From a virus (Duplodnaviria; Caudoviricetes), in IMG/VR virus record IMGVR_UViG_3300014208_000091, positions 1 to 35,213 of that record: a stretch of DNA of 35,213 nt, one strand, 5' to 3'. Shown piece after piece: positions 18,697 to 27,786 of this stretch (within the stretch, counting starts at the first letter, position 1; the number at the start of each line of letters is the position of its first letter). A program made the translations under genes and the position numbers. The notes beneath the pieces are model-generated. The model saw only the letters and a program-made list of their open reading frames with translations, made no database searches and was not told the DNA's origin.

Positions 18697-19830
18697 ATGG
18701 CATTAAAAAATTTAAGAGATTGGCAAAAGTCAGCAAAGATTGTTTTCAAACAGCATAATTACAGAGGAATAGTGAAAGCAGCAACAGGTACTGGTAAAAC
18801 TATTTTTGCAATAGACTTCATTGATGACTTTAAAGCAGATATAATGTTTTCAAGTGAAGAAAGTTTTCTTATAACTGTACATACGGAAAATTTATTAAAT
18901 CAGTGGTCAAGCAAAATTGAAAGCATTACTGGATTTCCAGTTGGGAAAATTGGAGCAGGACACAATCATGAAGAGAAAATTACTGTTGCAATTATTAATT
19001 CTGTTAGAGAGAGAAAGATGAATTATAATAATTTAATAATGGATGAATGTCATCATTATTTGTCAGACATAAATTCTGGATTACTTGAATTAAATAAATT
19101 TCAAAGAATTCTTGGATTGTCAGCAACACCAGAGAGAAGTGATTTAAGAGATTTTTCAAAATATGGTCTTGAAATTATTTTTGAATATACAGTTGATGAG
19201 GCAATTGAAAATAAAGATTTATGTGATTATGAAATTATAAAAGTTGGTGTTGAACTAAATGGTAAGGAAAGAGAATTATATGATAGACAGGAGGAATTAT
19301 TTAAAAAATATTTTCCAGAATTTAGAACTAGCATGAAAGATATATATAATCCTCCATGGTCACTTGAAAAAATGCATTTAAGAAATGCAATAAGAAAAAG
19401 AGTTGCGATTACTTCAAGGTCTCAAGAAAAGATAAAAGAGATTGTTAATTTAATAAAGAAAAATCCAACAAAAAAGGTGATGGTATTTGCACAATATATT
19501 TATACTATGCAGGCAATTTTTCATGCACTTTATGCAGATGGAATTACAAGTGTTAAGTATAATGAAAAAAAGGAAAGGCAGATGGCACTTGATGCATATA
19601 AGAATGATAGAACAAATGTATTAATTAGTGCAAGAGCACTTGATGAAGGACTTGATATTCCTGCAACTGATATGATTATAATATTATCTGGATTTAAAGG
19701 AGAGAGACAATCAAAACAACGTGTTGGTAGAGGTCTTAGAAAAAAAGAGCAGAAAGCAATGGTTTATTTATTGTTTTGTTATAATACAGTTGATGAAAAG
19801 TGGTTAAAGGATGTCTTGAAATATATATAA
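18697..19830 (+). CDS. Superfamily 2 DNA helicase (XPB/Rad25/UvsW-like)
   Basis: LRDWQ, ATGTGKT, DECHH, GLSATP, LDEGLDIP, QRVGRGLR. Confidence 0.92.
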   Translation: MALKNLRDWQKSAKIVFKQHNYRGIVKAATGTGKTIFAIDFIDDFKADIMFSSEESFLITVHTENLLNQWSSKIESITGFPVGKIGAGHNHEEKITVAIINSVRERKMNYNNLIMDECHHYLSDINSGLLELNKFQRILGLSATPERSDLRDFSKYGLEIIFEYTVDEAIENKDLCDYEIIKVGVELNGKERELYDRQEELFKKYFPEFRTSMKDIYNPPWSLEKMHLRNAIRKRVAITSRSQEKIKEIVNLIKKNPTKKVMVFAQYIYTMQAIFHALYADGITSVKYNEKKERQMALDAYKNDRTNVLISARALDEGLDIPATDMIIILSGFKGERQSKQRVGRGLRKKEQKAMVYLLFCYNTVDEKWLKDVLKYI

Positions 19831-20030
19831 GTGGTTGGCTTTCACTTATCTAATTGGTTTAGAACCATGTGTTTTAAGGTTGCTTACAAGGGTATTTTTG
19901 TGATTTATGAGTAAGTCTCCCCATTTTTAGAAGTGTTGTTAAATCGGCTCTAAATTGGTTTTACAGGGTAGGTCGCTAGAAGTCGTAAAAACCACAAATT
20001 TATGGGGTTTAGACGAGCTTAGAACTGATA

Positions 20031-20050
20031 TTCATATTATATAATATGAA
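20031..20050. repeat. Perfect 20-bp palindrome, candidate operator
   Basis: TTCATATTATATAATATGAA equals its own reverse complement and abuts the BRE. Confidence 0.75.
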
Positions 20051-20069
20051 AACGAAACATTTATATATA
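20051..20069 (+). promoter_or_regulatory. Archaeal BRE-TATA promoter
   Basis: AACGAAACATTTATATATA, about 30 nt before the MoxR start; near-identical copy at 23828. Confidence 0.75.
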
Positions 20070-20100
20070 AGTCTGTTCCCTAAATATCATAAAGGTGTGA

Positions 20101-21240
20101 TTGTCACCTGAAACACAATCGGAGACACAAATGATAGACAGGCAAAAAATCTTTGATGAGGTCAAAGACATTCTTTCTAAAAAAGACTCTGCCATATTGA
20201 AGTTTCAAGAAGGTAGTATCAGCCAAAAAATTTATGATAAACTTGAAAAGTTTGACTTTGGTGAGGCAATTGAAATATCTGGTTCTGATGACCAACTTTA
20301 TGGTCAATTAAAAAGGATACAAGCAAAAATCAGACTTGCAGTAAAGGTTCCAGTAGTACAATCTTCTTATACTGTTTCTGAACAGACTACTGATGAGACA
20401 GCAAAGTTAGTTCCTGAAGAAATGCAATCATATGTTCCAAAAACAGATGGATATGTAAGCAGAGCAATTCATGGTACAACTGATGTAAAATTGATGCAAG
20501 GACTTTATGCAAATAAAGATTTTGCACTTCTAATTGGTGATACAGGCTGTGGAAAAACACACTTAGCAAGAAATCTTGCATATCAAAACAAGCAACCATA
20601 TATGAGAGTGAATATGAATGGTGCAACTACACCAGAAGACCTTGCTGGTCAATGGATACCAAATCCAAATCCAAACAGTGATGCTAAATATATATGGCAA
20701 GATGGTGTATTGACAAGATTCATGAGAAATGGTGGTGTTTTTGTTGTTGATGAAATTAATATGGCTCCAGCAGATATCAATTCAATGTTTCATTCAGTTA
20801 CTGATGATGAAAGAAGACTTGTTCTTACTCAAAAAGACGGTGAAGTAATTATTGCTCATCCAAATTTTTGGTTAGTAGCAACAATGAATCCTGATTATGA
20901 GGGAACAAAACCACTTAATCTTGCTTTGAAAGATAGATTCAGAGTAATTTATCTTGGTTACAGCGATAAAGTTGAAAAGAGATTAAACATTGATGATGGA
21001 ATGCTTGATGTTGCATCAAAGTTGAGAAAATCTGAAGAGATATCAACACCAGTTAGCACACGTGATTTAATAAAGTATCGTGATGACCAGACAAAATATG
21101 GTGAAGATGTTGCAAGAGCATTTTTTGTAAACAACTTTGAAAAGGAGCAAGAACAACCAGTAGTAAAGGAATTGCTTGAATTGGTTCTTGATGGCAGACA
21201 AAAAGGAAAACAAAATAGCAATGGAACTTATGGCAATTGA
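20101..21240 (+). CDS. MoxR/CbbQ-family AAA+ ATPase
   Basis: GDTGCGKT, EDLAG, WQDGVL, VVDEIN, ATMNP, ALKDRF, STR; TTG start with GGTG RBS. Confidence 0.9.
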   Translation: MSPETQSETQMIDRQKIFDEVKDILSKKDSAILKFQEGSISQKIYDKLEKFDFGEAIEISGSDDQLYGQLKRIQAKIRLAVKVPVVQSSYTVSEQTTDETAKLVPEEMQSYVPKTDGYVSRAIHGTTDVKLMQGLYANKDFALLIGDTGCGKTHLARNLAYQNKQPYMRVNMNGATTPEDLAGQWIPNPNPNSDAKYIWQDGVLTRFMRNGGVFVVDEINMAPADINSMFHSVTDDERRLVLTQKDGEVIIAHPNFWLVATMNPDYEGTKPLNLALKDRFRVIYLGYSDKVEKRLNIDDGMLDVASKLRKSEEISTPVSTRDLIKYRDDQTKYGEDVARAFFVNNFEKEQEQPVVKELLELVLDGRQKGKQNSNGTYGN

Positions 21241-21249
21241 GGTATTCAG

Positions 21250-23085
21250 ATGAGTCTTACAAACAATACAAATAGTTGGACACGAGGAAAAATTGGTGGC
21301 AAGATTGATTATTCAAGTGAAATTGAATTTTTATTCAAGCTTGATAATACAATTCAAACAGCAAAATCAATACAAGTTCAAGATGGAAGTGTTGGCCACT
21401 ATATTGCTTGTACAGACATGAAAAGAATAATCTTAAATTTTGAACAGATGAGAAATCTTTCTGGTAATAGTTACTTTGACTTTTTAATTTATGTCAAAGG
21501 ATTTAATTATCATGAGATGAGTCATGTAATGTTTACAAGATATGGTGCATATTCAGCACCAAGAGAAGCAAGAGAGTCATTGAATGTTCTTGAAGACCAA
21601 AGAATTGAATGTGTTTTTAGTAAAAAATATCCAAAGAGCAAGAGCTACTTTAGACTATTGTCGCTTGGTTATGTATTAAAAGATGGAATGGAGCCAAATC
21701 ATTATATTTTACTTTATGGACGAAGATTTATAATCGGAAAGCAAGATATTATGGAAGATTTGAGAGACTTATGCGTTGAAAAATATGGTGAAAATATTAT
21801 CAAACAAGCAGAAGCAATCATTGATGAATATATTGAGACAACAGATGTCGATAAACAAATTGCTCTTGGAATAAAATTTTATCACTTGTTTGGTCAAAAA
21901 GTTCAAAGTCCATATCAAAGACCATTTTTACAGACCAAAGGAAAATCTTCAACATCAAATGAAGAAAAAGAACTGACCGAACAAATATCAGAAGATATAA
22001 AGAAAGGATTAGAAAAAATTGAAGAAGAACAAAAAGAAATAGAACAAAAGAATAATCAAAAAACTACTGAATCAGATGAAAGAATTGGTGAGCAATCAAA
22101 TGAAGGAAAAGAAAAGGATGGAATGTCATCAGCAGTTTCACAAAAGACAAGTAAAGATAATGATGATTTGCAATCAGGTAGTGGTTCACAGTCAAATGAA
22201 CAATCTGAATTACAAAGTGCTATTAATAAACTTTTAAAGAAGACAATGCAGGAAGTTCAAGACGAAGTTGAAAGACAAATGAGTTCAATGGGAAAACAAA
22301 CTTTTGAAGGTAGTCAGTCTACATCTGTAAATGATTCAATATTAGTTTTTACTCCTGAATCAAGACACTTTTCAACAATGAGAAAATTAAAAGAGCAAAT
22401 AAAGAAAATGAGAAATGACCTTGATAACAGGACTGTTTATCACCAGAAGAGAGGAAAAATTGACATGCGAAGAGCAATGATAAATAGCAATAGTTATAAA
22501 ATTGCAGATTTTAAAAAGTTTTCACCAAGTAAATTATCTAATACAAGACTTGCTGTTACTGTTTTACTTGATTCAAGTGGTAGCATGAGTAATTCTGATT
22601 TTGATACTGCTGTTGGTTCTGGTTGGGCAATAGCAAATGCTCTTGAAGAGTGTGGTAGTAAGGTAAAAGTTATTGAATTTTCAGATAATTATAGAATACT
22701 TAAAGATTTTGATGAAGACTCAAAGAAAAGCAAATGGGGAAGAAATTATAATAGTGGAACATTTGTAATTTCTGCATTAAAAGATGCTGCAAAATCATTA
22801 GATGAAGTAAGCAAGAGAGATAACATAAAGAATCAAATGATAATGATAATTACTGATGGTGGATTTATGTCAAGAGACACAACAGAAAAAATTACAAAAG
22901 AATTAAAAGATAAGGGAGTTTATGTTACACTATTTAGAGTTGGTAGTAGTACTGATTATGCATCAAGGGACGCATATAATAAAATAGTAACAGTAAGAAA
23001 CTTTACACAACTAACAAAAGGAATGACTGAAATGGTCCAGCATATACAACTTGAAACTGTAAGAAAGGTAAAGATGAATACCTAA
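21250..23085 (+). CDS. vWA-domain partner protein (CobT-like) with an N-terminal HExxH metallopeptidase-like domain
   Basis: HEMSH, NVLEDQRIE, low-complexity linker, GKID, MIDAS DSSGS...GT...ITDG. Confidence 0.88.
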   Translation: MSLTNNTNSWTRGKIGGKIDYSSEIEFLFKLDNTIQTAKSIQVQDGSVGHYIACTDMKRIILNFEQMRNLSGNSYFDFLIYVKGFNYHEMSHVMFTRYGAYSAPREARESLNVLEDQRIECVFSKKYPKSKSYFRLLSLGYVLKDGMEPNHYILLYGRRFIIGKQDIMEDLRDLCVEKYGENIIKQAEAIIDEYIETTDVDKQIALGIKFYHLFGQKVQSPYQRPFLQTKGKSSTSNEEKELTEQISEDIKKGLEKIEEEQKEIEQKNNQKTTESDERIGEQSNEGKEKDGMSSAVSQKTSKDNDDLQSGSGSQSNEQSELQSAINKLLKKTMQEVQDEVERQMSSMGKQTFEGSQSTSVNDSILVFTPESRHFSTMRKLKEQIKKMRNDLDNRTVYHQKRGKIDMRRAMINSNSYKIADFKKFSPSKLSNTRLAVTVLLDSSGSMSNSDFDTAVGSGWAIANALEECGSKVKVIEFSDNYRILKDFDEDSKKSKWGRNYNSGTFVISALKDAAKSLDEVSKRDNIKNQMIMIITDGGFMSRDTTEKITKELKDKGVYVTLFRVGSSTDYASRDAYNKIVTVRNFTQLTKGMTEMVQHIQLETVRKVKMNT

Positions 23086-23204
23086 AAAATCATCGGAGAA
23101 TAAAATGACAAAGAGAGAAATGACTCACTTTTTATTTGAAAAAGGTGAGATGAGTTACGAAATGTTTTTATATGAACACTTCGTAGACATGTTGAGGTGC
23201 TAAA

Positions 23205-23516
23205 ATGAAATATTTAATCAATGTAGAACTAACAAGAACAGTAGAAGTAGAAAATGAAGATGATGCAGATGCAAATTTTTGGGATAATCTTCAGCAAGAG
23301 CATACCATTGGTAATACAACTCTTGAAGTTCAGCTAACAGAAAGCATGACAAAGACAGCAATTGGTGAAAGTAAAGTATTCGTAAAGAAAAAGTATTGTT
23401 GTCCTGTATGTCATTCTGAATATGATGACTTTAATGAAGCAGAAGAATGTGAGACAGACTGCAATGATGAACTTGATAAAGAAATAAATGATGATGACGA
23501 AGATTTGGAGGAATAA
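23205..23516 (+). CDS. Acidic protein with a CxxC motif
   Basis: GAGGTG RBS; YCCPVC...EAEEC. Confidence 0.6.
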   Translation: MKYLINVELTRTVEVENEDDADANFWDNLQQEHTIGNTTLEVQLTESMTKTAIGESKVFVKKKYCCPVCHSEYDDFNEAEECETDCNDELDKEINDDDEDLEE

Positions 23517-23518
23517 AA

Positions 23519-23725
23519 ATGGATAATGGACAACATAATAGACCATCTGGAAAACCACAAGTAAAAAAAGTAAATATATTGCTTCATGTTGGTAATAATA
23601 CTAATCCACAGCAATTAGCTAATACTGTTGAAGAAGTAATAAAAGAACTTGAAATAAGAGGAATAACAGCATCATATAGGAAGGGTGGAGTTACTGTTGA
23701 TGTAGACGGAAAAGCTGAGGAGTAA
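23519..23725 (+). CDS. Hypothetical protein
   Basis: GGAGG RBS; co-oriented. Confidence 0.55.
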   Translation: MDNGQHNRPSGKPQVKKVNILLHVGNNTNPQQLANTVEEVIKELEIRGITASYRKGGVTVDVDGKAEE

Positions 23726-23827
23726 AATGTATGAAGATATAATAGCAACTGAAAACATAAGAATAGACAATAAATATCGTGATACTTTTGATGAGGTTGA
23801 TGAAGTAATAATGAGAGAGTGTAAGGA

Positions 23828-23846
23828 AACGAAACCTTTATAAATA
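23828..23846 (+). promoter_or_regulatory. Archaeal BRE-TATA promoter
   Basis: AACGAAACCTTTATAAATA, 17/19 identical to 20051-20069. Confidence 0.75.
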
Positions 23847-23978
23847 CCACTACTCTCTATATATTATGTTTAAGCAGTAAAATGCTTACACTGAAGGAGG
23901 AAAAAATGAATAAGGATTTTTGGACTGAAGAAGAAATGGAAGGAGAGGAATTGCTTAAATAAGCAAGGAGGAAGCAAA

Positions 23979-24230
23979 ATGGAAGAAGATAAACTAACTG
24001 TAAACTATGATGTAGTAAGTGAGTTTGCAGGACACAAATCAAACACTGGTGTTGGTCTTGGTGAAGCAGTAAAAGACATCTTTAAACTTGTCAAAGAAAA
24101 GTCAATGCAAGTTGCAGTAAAAGGTGTATTTGTTTCATTCGAAACAGTTGACCAATTGAAAGCAAAGCTAAGAGAAGCAGCAATTGAAGGACTTAGCATA
24201 AGAATACACGATGAAAATATTGGAGGATAA
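23979..24230 (+). CDS. Candidate ubiquitin-like (beta-grasp) protein ending in Gly-Gly
   Basis: 83 aa, ends ENIGG*; strand-strand-helix-strand pattern with ThiS-like VAVKGVFV; ThiF/E1 gene 460 nt downstream. Confidence 0.6.
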   Translation: MEEDKLTVNYDVVSEFAGHKSNTGVGLGEAVKDIFKLVKEKSMQVAVKGVFVSFETVDQLKAKLREAAIEGLSIRIHDENIGG

Positions 24231-24232
24231 AA

Positions 24233-24565
24233 ATGAGCAAATACCATAAACACGAAGGAGTAAATGATTATCATTTGATAACACAAAACCATAAAGACCC
24301 AAAGACTAAAAAGGCACACGATGCAGTAATTAAAGGAGCAAATAAACCAGCAGAAAAATTAAAGAAATTATTTAGTAGTAAATCAACAAAGCCAACAGCA
24401 CGAAAAGAGTCTGTAAGACCTGAAGTAAAGCCAGTAGCAAAAATGGTTTCGGCAACACATGAGATTGATTTGACAAAGCATCCTGAAATTGAAAAACTTG
24501 TTGTAAAGTTTGAAGACAAGAATGGTAAGGAAGCAACACTGTCAATACCAAATTACTCAAAATAA
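24233..24565 (+). CDS. Lys-rich hypothetical protein
   Basis: GGAGG RBS; followed by a T tract. Confidence 0.6.
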   Translation: MSKYHKHEGVNDYHLITQNHKDPKTKKAHDAVIKGANKPAEKLKKLFSSKSTKPTARKESVRPEVKPVAKMVSATHEIDLTKHPEIEKLVVKFEDKNGKEATLSIPNYSK

Positions 24566-24579
24566 TTTTTTATTTTTTT
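24566..24579 (+). terminator. Oligo-T tract
   Basis: T-rich run between the stop codon and the tRNA. Confidence 0.45.
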
Positions 24580-24580
24580 A

Positions 24581-24651
24581 GGGAATATGGTGTAGTGGCA
24601 ACATGACTGCCTCCAGAGCAGTTGCTCTCGGTTCGATTCCGAGTATTCCCA
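24581..24651 (+). tRNA. trnW: tRNA-Trp (CCA), intronless, 3'-CCA not encoded
   Basis: Acceptor GGGAATA/TATTCCC, D stem GTGT/ACAT, anticodon arm ACTGC-CTCCAGA-GCAGT, T arm CTCGG-TTCGATT-CCGAG, discriminator A. Confidence 0.93.
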
Positions 24652-24691
24652 TAAAGTTTTGCTGATTTAATAAAATCAGAGGAGAAATAAA

Positions 24692-25330
24692 ATGAGAAAG
24701 ATTGCAATGATTGGTGCAGGTGGTATTCAAAGCTGGGCTGCAAAACATTTAAGAGAGATGATTGATGTATTTTTTCCACAAGAAATGGTTACTGTAGTAA
24801 TATATGATGCAGATATAGTTGAGGAAAAGAACTTGAAAAGGAATGCACAAAATTTTCAACCAGAAGATTTACTTGAAAACAAAGCAGAAGTAATAGCTAA
24901 CAGATATAAGTTTATTGCAGATAATAAATTTATAACAGAAGAAAATATCAAAGAATTAACTGATTTTGATGATGTCATACTTGGTGTTGATAACCACAAA
25001 ACAAGAAAACTTATTTATCATTTTTGTATAGAAAATGAAATATATTGCATTGATATGAGAGCACAAGGAACAAGAATGAGTTATTTTGTAGTTGAACCAA
25101 CAAGCAATAAAGAAAAACAGAAAGAACTAATTGAAAAATATGATAAAAGATTTTTTTCAAATAGTGAAATAATGGAAAGAAGTGGTAGTTGTCAATTGGC
25201 AATAGATATTGAGAATGACCATATTGAAAATGCAAACAAAGCAATAGCATTTTTTTGCATGCAATGCATCTATCTTAAAAGATGGAGAAAAGAAACATTA
25301 TCAACTAATGAGTTTGAGTTTGTATATTGA
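24692..25330 (+). CDS. ThiF/E1-like adenylyltransferase
   Basis: IGAGGI, DADIVEEKNLKRN.QNF, NKAE, GVDNHKTR, ID.R, GSCQ...N; no CxxC Zn motifs. Confidence 0.9.
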   Translation: MRKIAMIGAGGIQSWAAKHLREMIDVFFPQEMVTVVIYDADIVEEKNLKRNAQNFQPEDLLENKAEVIANRYKFIADNKFITEENIKELTDFDDVILGVDNHKTRKLIYHFCIENEIYCIDMRAQGTRMSYFVVEPTSNKEKQKELIEKYDKRFFSNSEIMERSGSCQLAIDIENDHIENANKAIAFFCMQCIYLKRWRKETLSTNEFEFVY

Positions 25331-25339
25331 GGTATCAAA

Positions 25340-27409
25340 ATGAGTTACAATCGAGAAAATCAACAAATATTATTTGAAGAATTTAAATTTTACAACAAAC
25401 AGAATGAGGTTATTGACCAAAAAATACTTGATGATTTAAAAACACAATGTGTAAATGGTCAAGTATTTTGGACAAATAAAGAGCTAGCTGATGATAAAAT
25501 ATGCATAAGAATGTACAAGTTAAATGATGATACTTATATGGAACTTGTAATATTCGAAAAATCAATCACAGTTGAAGACATTGAAAAAACAAAAGACATT
25601 TATTATGATACAATATTTTATGAAGAATTAAAACCTGCTGATATAAAAGCATTTACAAAAATAAGAGAGCAAAATCAAATACACCAGTTGTTAAAAAAGC
25701 AAGCATATCAGAACTTTAAAGAACTTGCAAAAGAAATAATGCCAAAAATTAGAATACATAGTAGAGACTTTACAGACATACAGGAGACTGTAAAAGCTTG
25801 TTTTGATATTGAATTAAAAAAGCCAGTAGCAAAACTTATAATTGAAAGTAGAAGAAATTCATCTACTTTAAATTATATATCAAGTGTTGATGAGGTGATG
25901 ATTAATGGAGTAATAAATAGAGTTGCTGTCATCTGTGAAACAGTATCACCATATCATTATTATGATGGAAATGAATCACCATTTGAAGAATATAAATTAA
26001 GGATTTTCCCAGAATCAGACCCAGAATATAATTATATTGATAAAGATACAACTTTTGTTGAAGAACAAAGATGTGTAAACAACCAATATAAAAATATTCC
26101 ATATTATTTTGACAAAGGATTAAATTTAATTGTTGCAGCAGATGGAGTTGTACAAATAACTTGCTCAGATTTTGATGGAATGTTAAGAAATCTTCACGAT
26201 ATCATAGGAGACAGTAGAAGAATAATAACAAAGAATATATATACATTTTATGTAAGTGAACGAAATAGAATATCATCTGGTAGTAGGGTTGATGAATCAA
26301 TGTTATTAATGATTCAAAAATATCAAAAACTTATAAAAGAAGGAAAAGAAATAAGACTTAATGGCTTACACATTACACAAAATTATATAAGAACTGAAGA
26401 CAATCAATTTACAATAGAGTTTGAGAAAGACTTTATTGATATGATTGAAGATTTTTCAGAATTGAGAGATGAAATAAATTCGCCAGAAATATTATATAAC
26501 TTTAATGTGCTTTTTGAAAATATTTTAAAGAAATCAACATTAAAAATATTTTCAAATAGAGATTTTGCAGCAAGGGCATATAAGGAGTGGAATGAAACAA
26601 ATTTTAAGGTAAATGGAATTGAAATAAAGATTACAAAAGCAGATGCAAGAGTAAAAATAAATGGTATATTTTGTAGAATTGATGATGTTTTTGAAATATT
26701 AAGTAAAGCAATATGCTATAATAATAAAGCTGACTTTGACTTATATGTAAAAGATGTATCATTTATAGGAACAGCATACAAAAAAATGATTGGAACAGGA
26801 ATAACAATTATACTAAGAAATCCATTGTTTAGAAAATTTGCATATGCAAAATCAGATAAACAAATAGAAGAAATGACACTTAGATTTAGTTTATTGTGGG
26901 ATACTGAAAAAAGAAGTAAAATATATTTGTTCTTAAATGGACAAAAATATTTAATCAATGATAAAACTAAGTTTAAAAAACATTTTTTCAAACCTCAAAT
27001 GTATACAAGTGTTGCTCAATTAAAAACAATGCTTAAAGAGTGTATAGAGAAGTTTGGTGAAGAAGAAATAATAAGTATCATTGAAAATGCAATGGCTGAA
27101 GCAAAAATAATAAAAGATAGAGGAGTAATATTTTTAAATGACACAGTAAAAGACATAGGAGCAGAGCTTACTCAATTTAATATCCAAGGAAAAGAAATAA
27201 AGGGATATTATTTCAAAGGAGTTATTACTGGAGCACCATTTTTTGTTGATATGAAAGATATGTCTGTATATAAACAATTAAATGGTCAATGGAATAGAAG
27301 ATGTGTTGTTGATGACCCAAAGAAAAACAGAATATTTGAAGACAGACTTGCAAATAGATTAGCGAACATATACAATGAAAATAAAAATATAAAGCAAATA
27401 CAAAATTGA
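25340..27409 (+). CDS. Large hypothetical protein (689 aa) with a C-terminal Cys-containing domain
   Basis: Long ORF 9 nt after E1; C-term RRCVVDD...DRLANRLANIYNE; no family recognised with certainty. Confidence 0.75.
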   Translation: MSYNRENQQILFEEFKFYNKQNEVIDQKILDDLKTQCVNGQVFWTNKELADDKICIRMYKLNDDTYMELVIFEKSITVEDIEKTKDIYYDTIFYEELKPADIKAFTKIREQNQIHQLLKKQAYQNFKELAKEIMPKIRIHSRDFTDIQETVKACFDIELKKPVAKLIIESRRNSSTLNYISSVDEVMINGVINRVAVICETVSPYHYYDGNESPFEEYKLRIFPESDPEYNYIDKDTTFVEEQRCVNNQYKNIPYYFDKGLNLIVAADGVVQITCSDFDGMLRNLHDIIGDSRRIITKNIYTFYVSERNRISSGSRVDESMLLMIQKYQKLIKEGKEIRLNGLHITQNYIRTEDNQFTIEFEKDFIDMIEDFSELRDEINSPEILYNFNVLFENILKKSTLKIFSNRDFAARAYKEWNETNFKVNGIEIKITKADARVKINGIFCRIDDVFEILSKAICYNNKADFDLYVKDVSFIGTAYKKMIGTGITIILRNPLFRKFAYAKSDKQIEEMTLRFSLLWDTEKRSKIYLFLNGQKYLINDKTKFKKHFFKPQMYTSVAQLKTMLKECIEKFGEEEIISIIENAMAEAKIIKDRGVIFLNDTVKDIGAELTQFNIQGKEIKGYYFKGVITGAPFFVDMKDMSVYKQLNGQWNRRCVVDDPKKNRIFEDRLANRLANIYNENKNIKQIQN

Positions 27410-27418
27410 GGTGATAAA

Positions 27419-27784
27419 ATGAAATTTTTAGGAGCAGTATGGTTTGGACATACAGGAATTGTATTAATGAATAATGATTATGAAGATAAAGCTTATATTG
27501 GTGAAGGATTTGGTGTTGATAGTCATGCAGATGTTACAAGAATATTAAGAAGTGGTATTCCTTTTCCAGTCAATGCAGCAAAAATAATGATACAAGGGGA
27601 AACGAAAGAAATAACTGAGTTAAAAGAAAAAATAAAAGCATTTGAATCACCACTTGGTAAAGCTGTAACAAATAAACTTGGTGAACAAAAAATATTATCT
27701 GAAGCAAAAAAGATACTTTATTTATATAAACTTACTGATACAGAAAGAATTTGGAAATTGAAAGAAATAATCAAGGAGAAGTAA
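27419..27784 (+). CDS. Hypothetical virus protein
   Basis: GAGGTGA RBS; VWF...GIV...KAYIG.G.G.D...D. Confidence 0.65.
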   Translation: MKFLGAVWFGHTGIVLMNNDYEDKAYIGEGFGVDSHADVTRILRSGIPFPVNAAKIMIQGETKEITELKEKIKAFESPLGKAVTNKLGEQKILSEAKKILYLYKLTDTERIWKLKEIIKEK

Positions 27785-27786
27785 AA

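Noticed and set aside
24581-24651. Suppressor tRNA or alternative genetic code
   Set aside because: The anticodon is the ordinary CCA, and TAA, TGA and TAG all end genes cleanly with long intact ORFs in code 11.
24692-25330. ThiF as a thiamine or molybdopterin biosynthesis gene
   Set aside because: No thiG, moaE, rhodanese or cysteine desulfurase in the window, and the Zn-binding CxxC pairs of ThiF/MoeB are absent; such genes could still lie outside the window.
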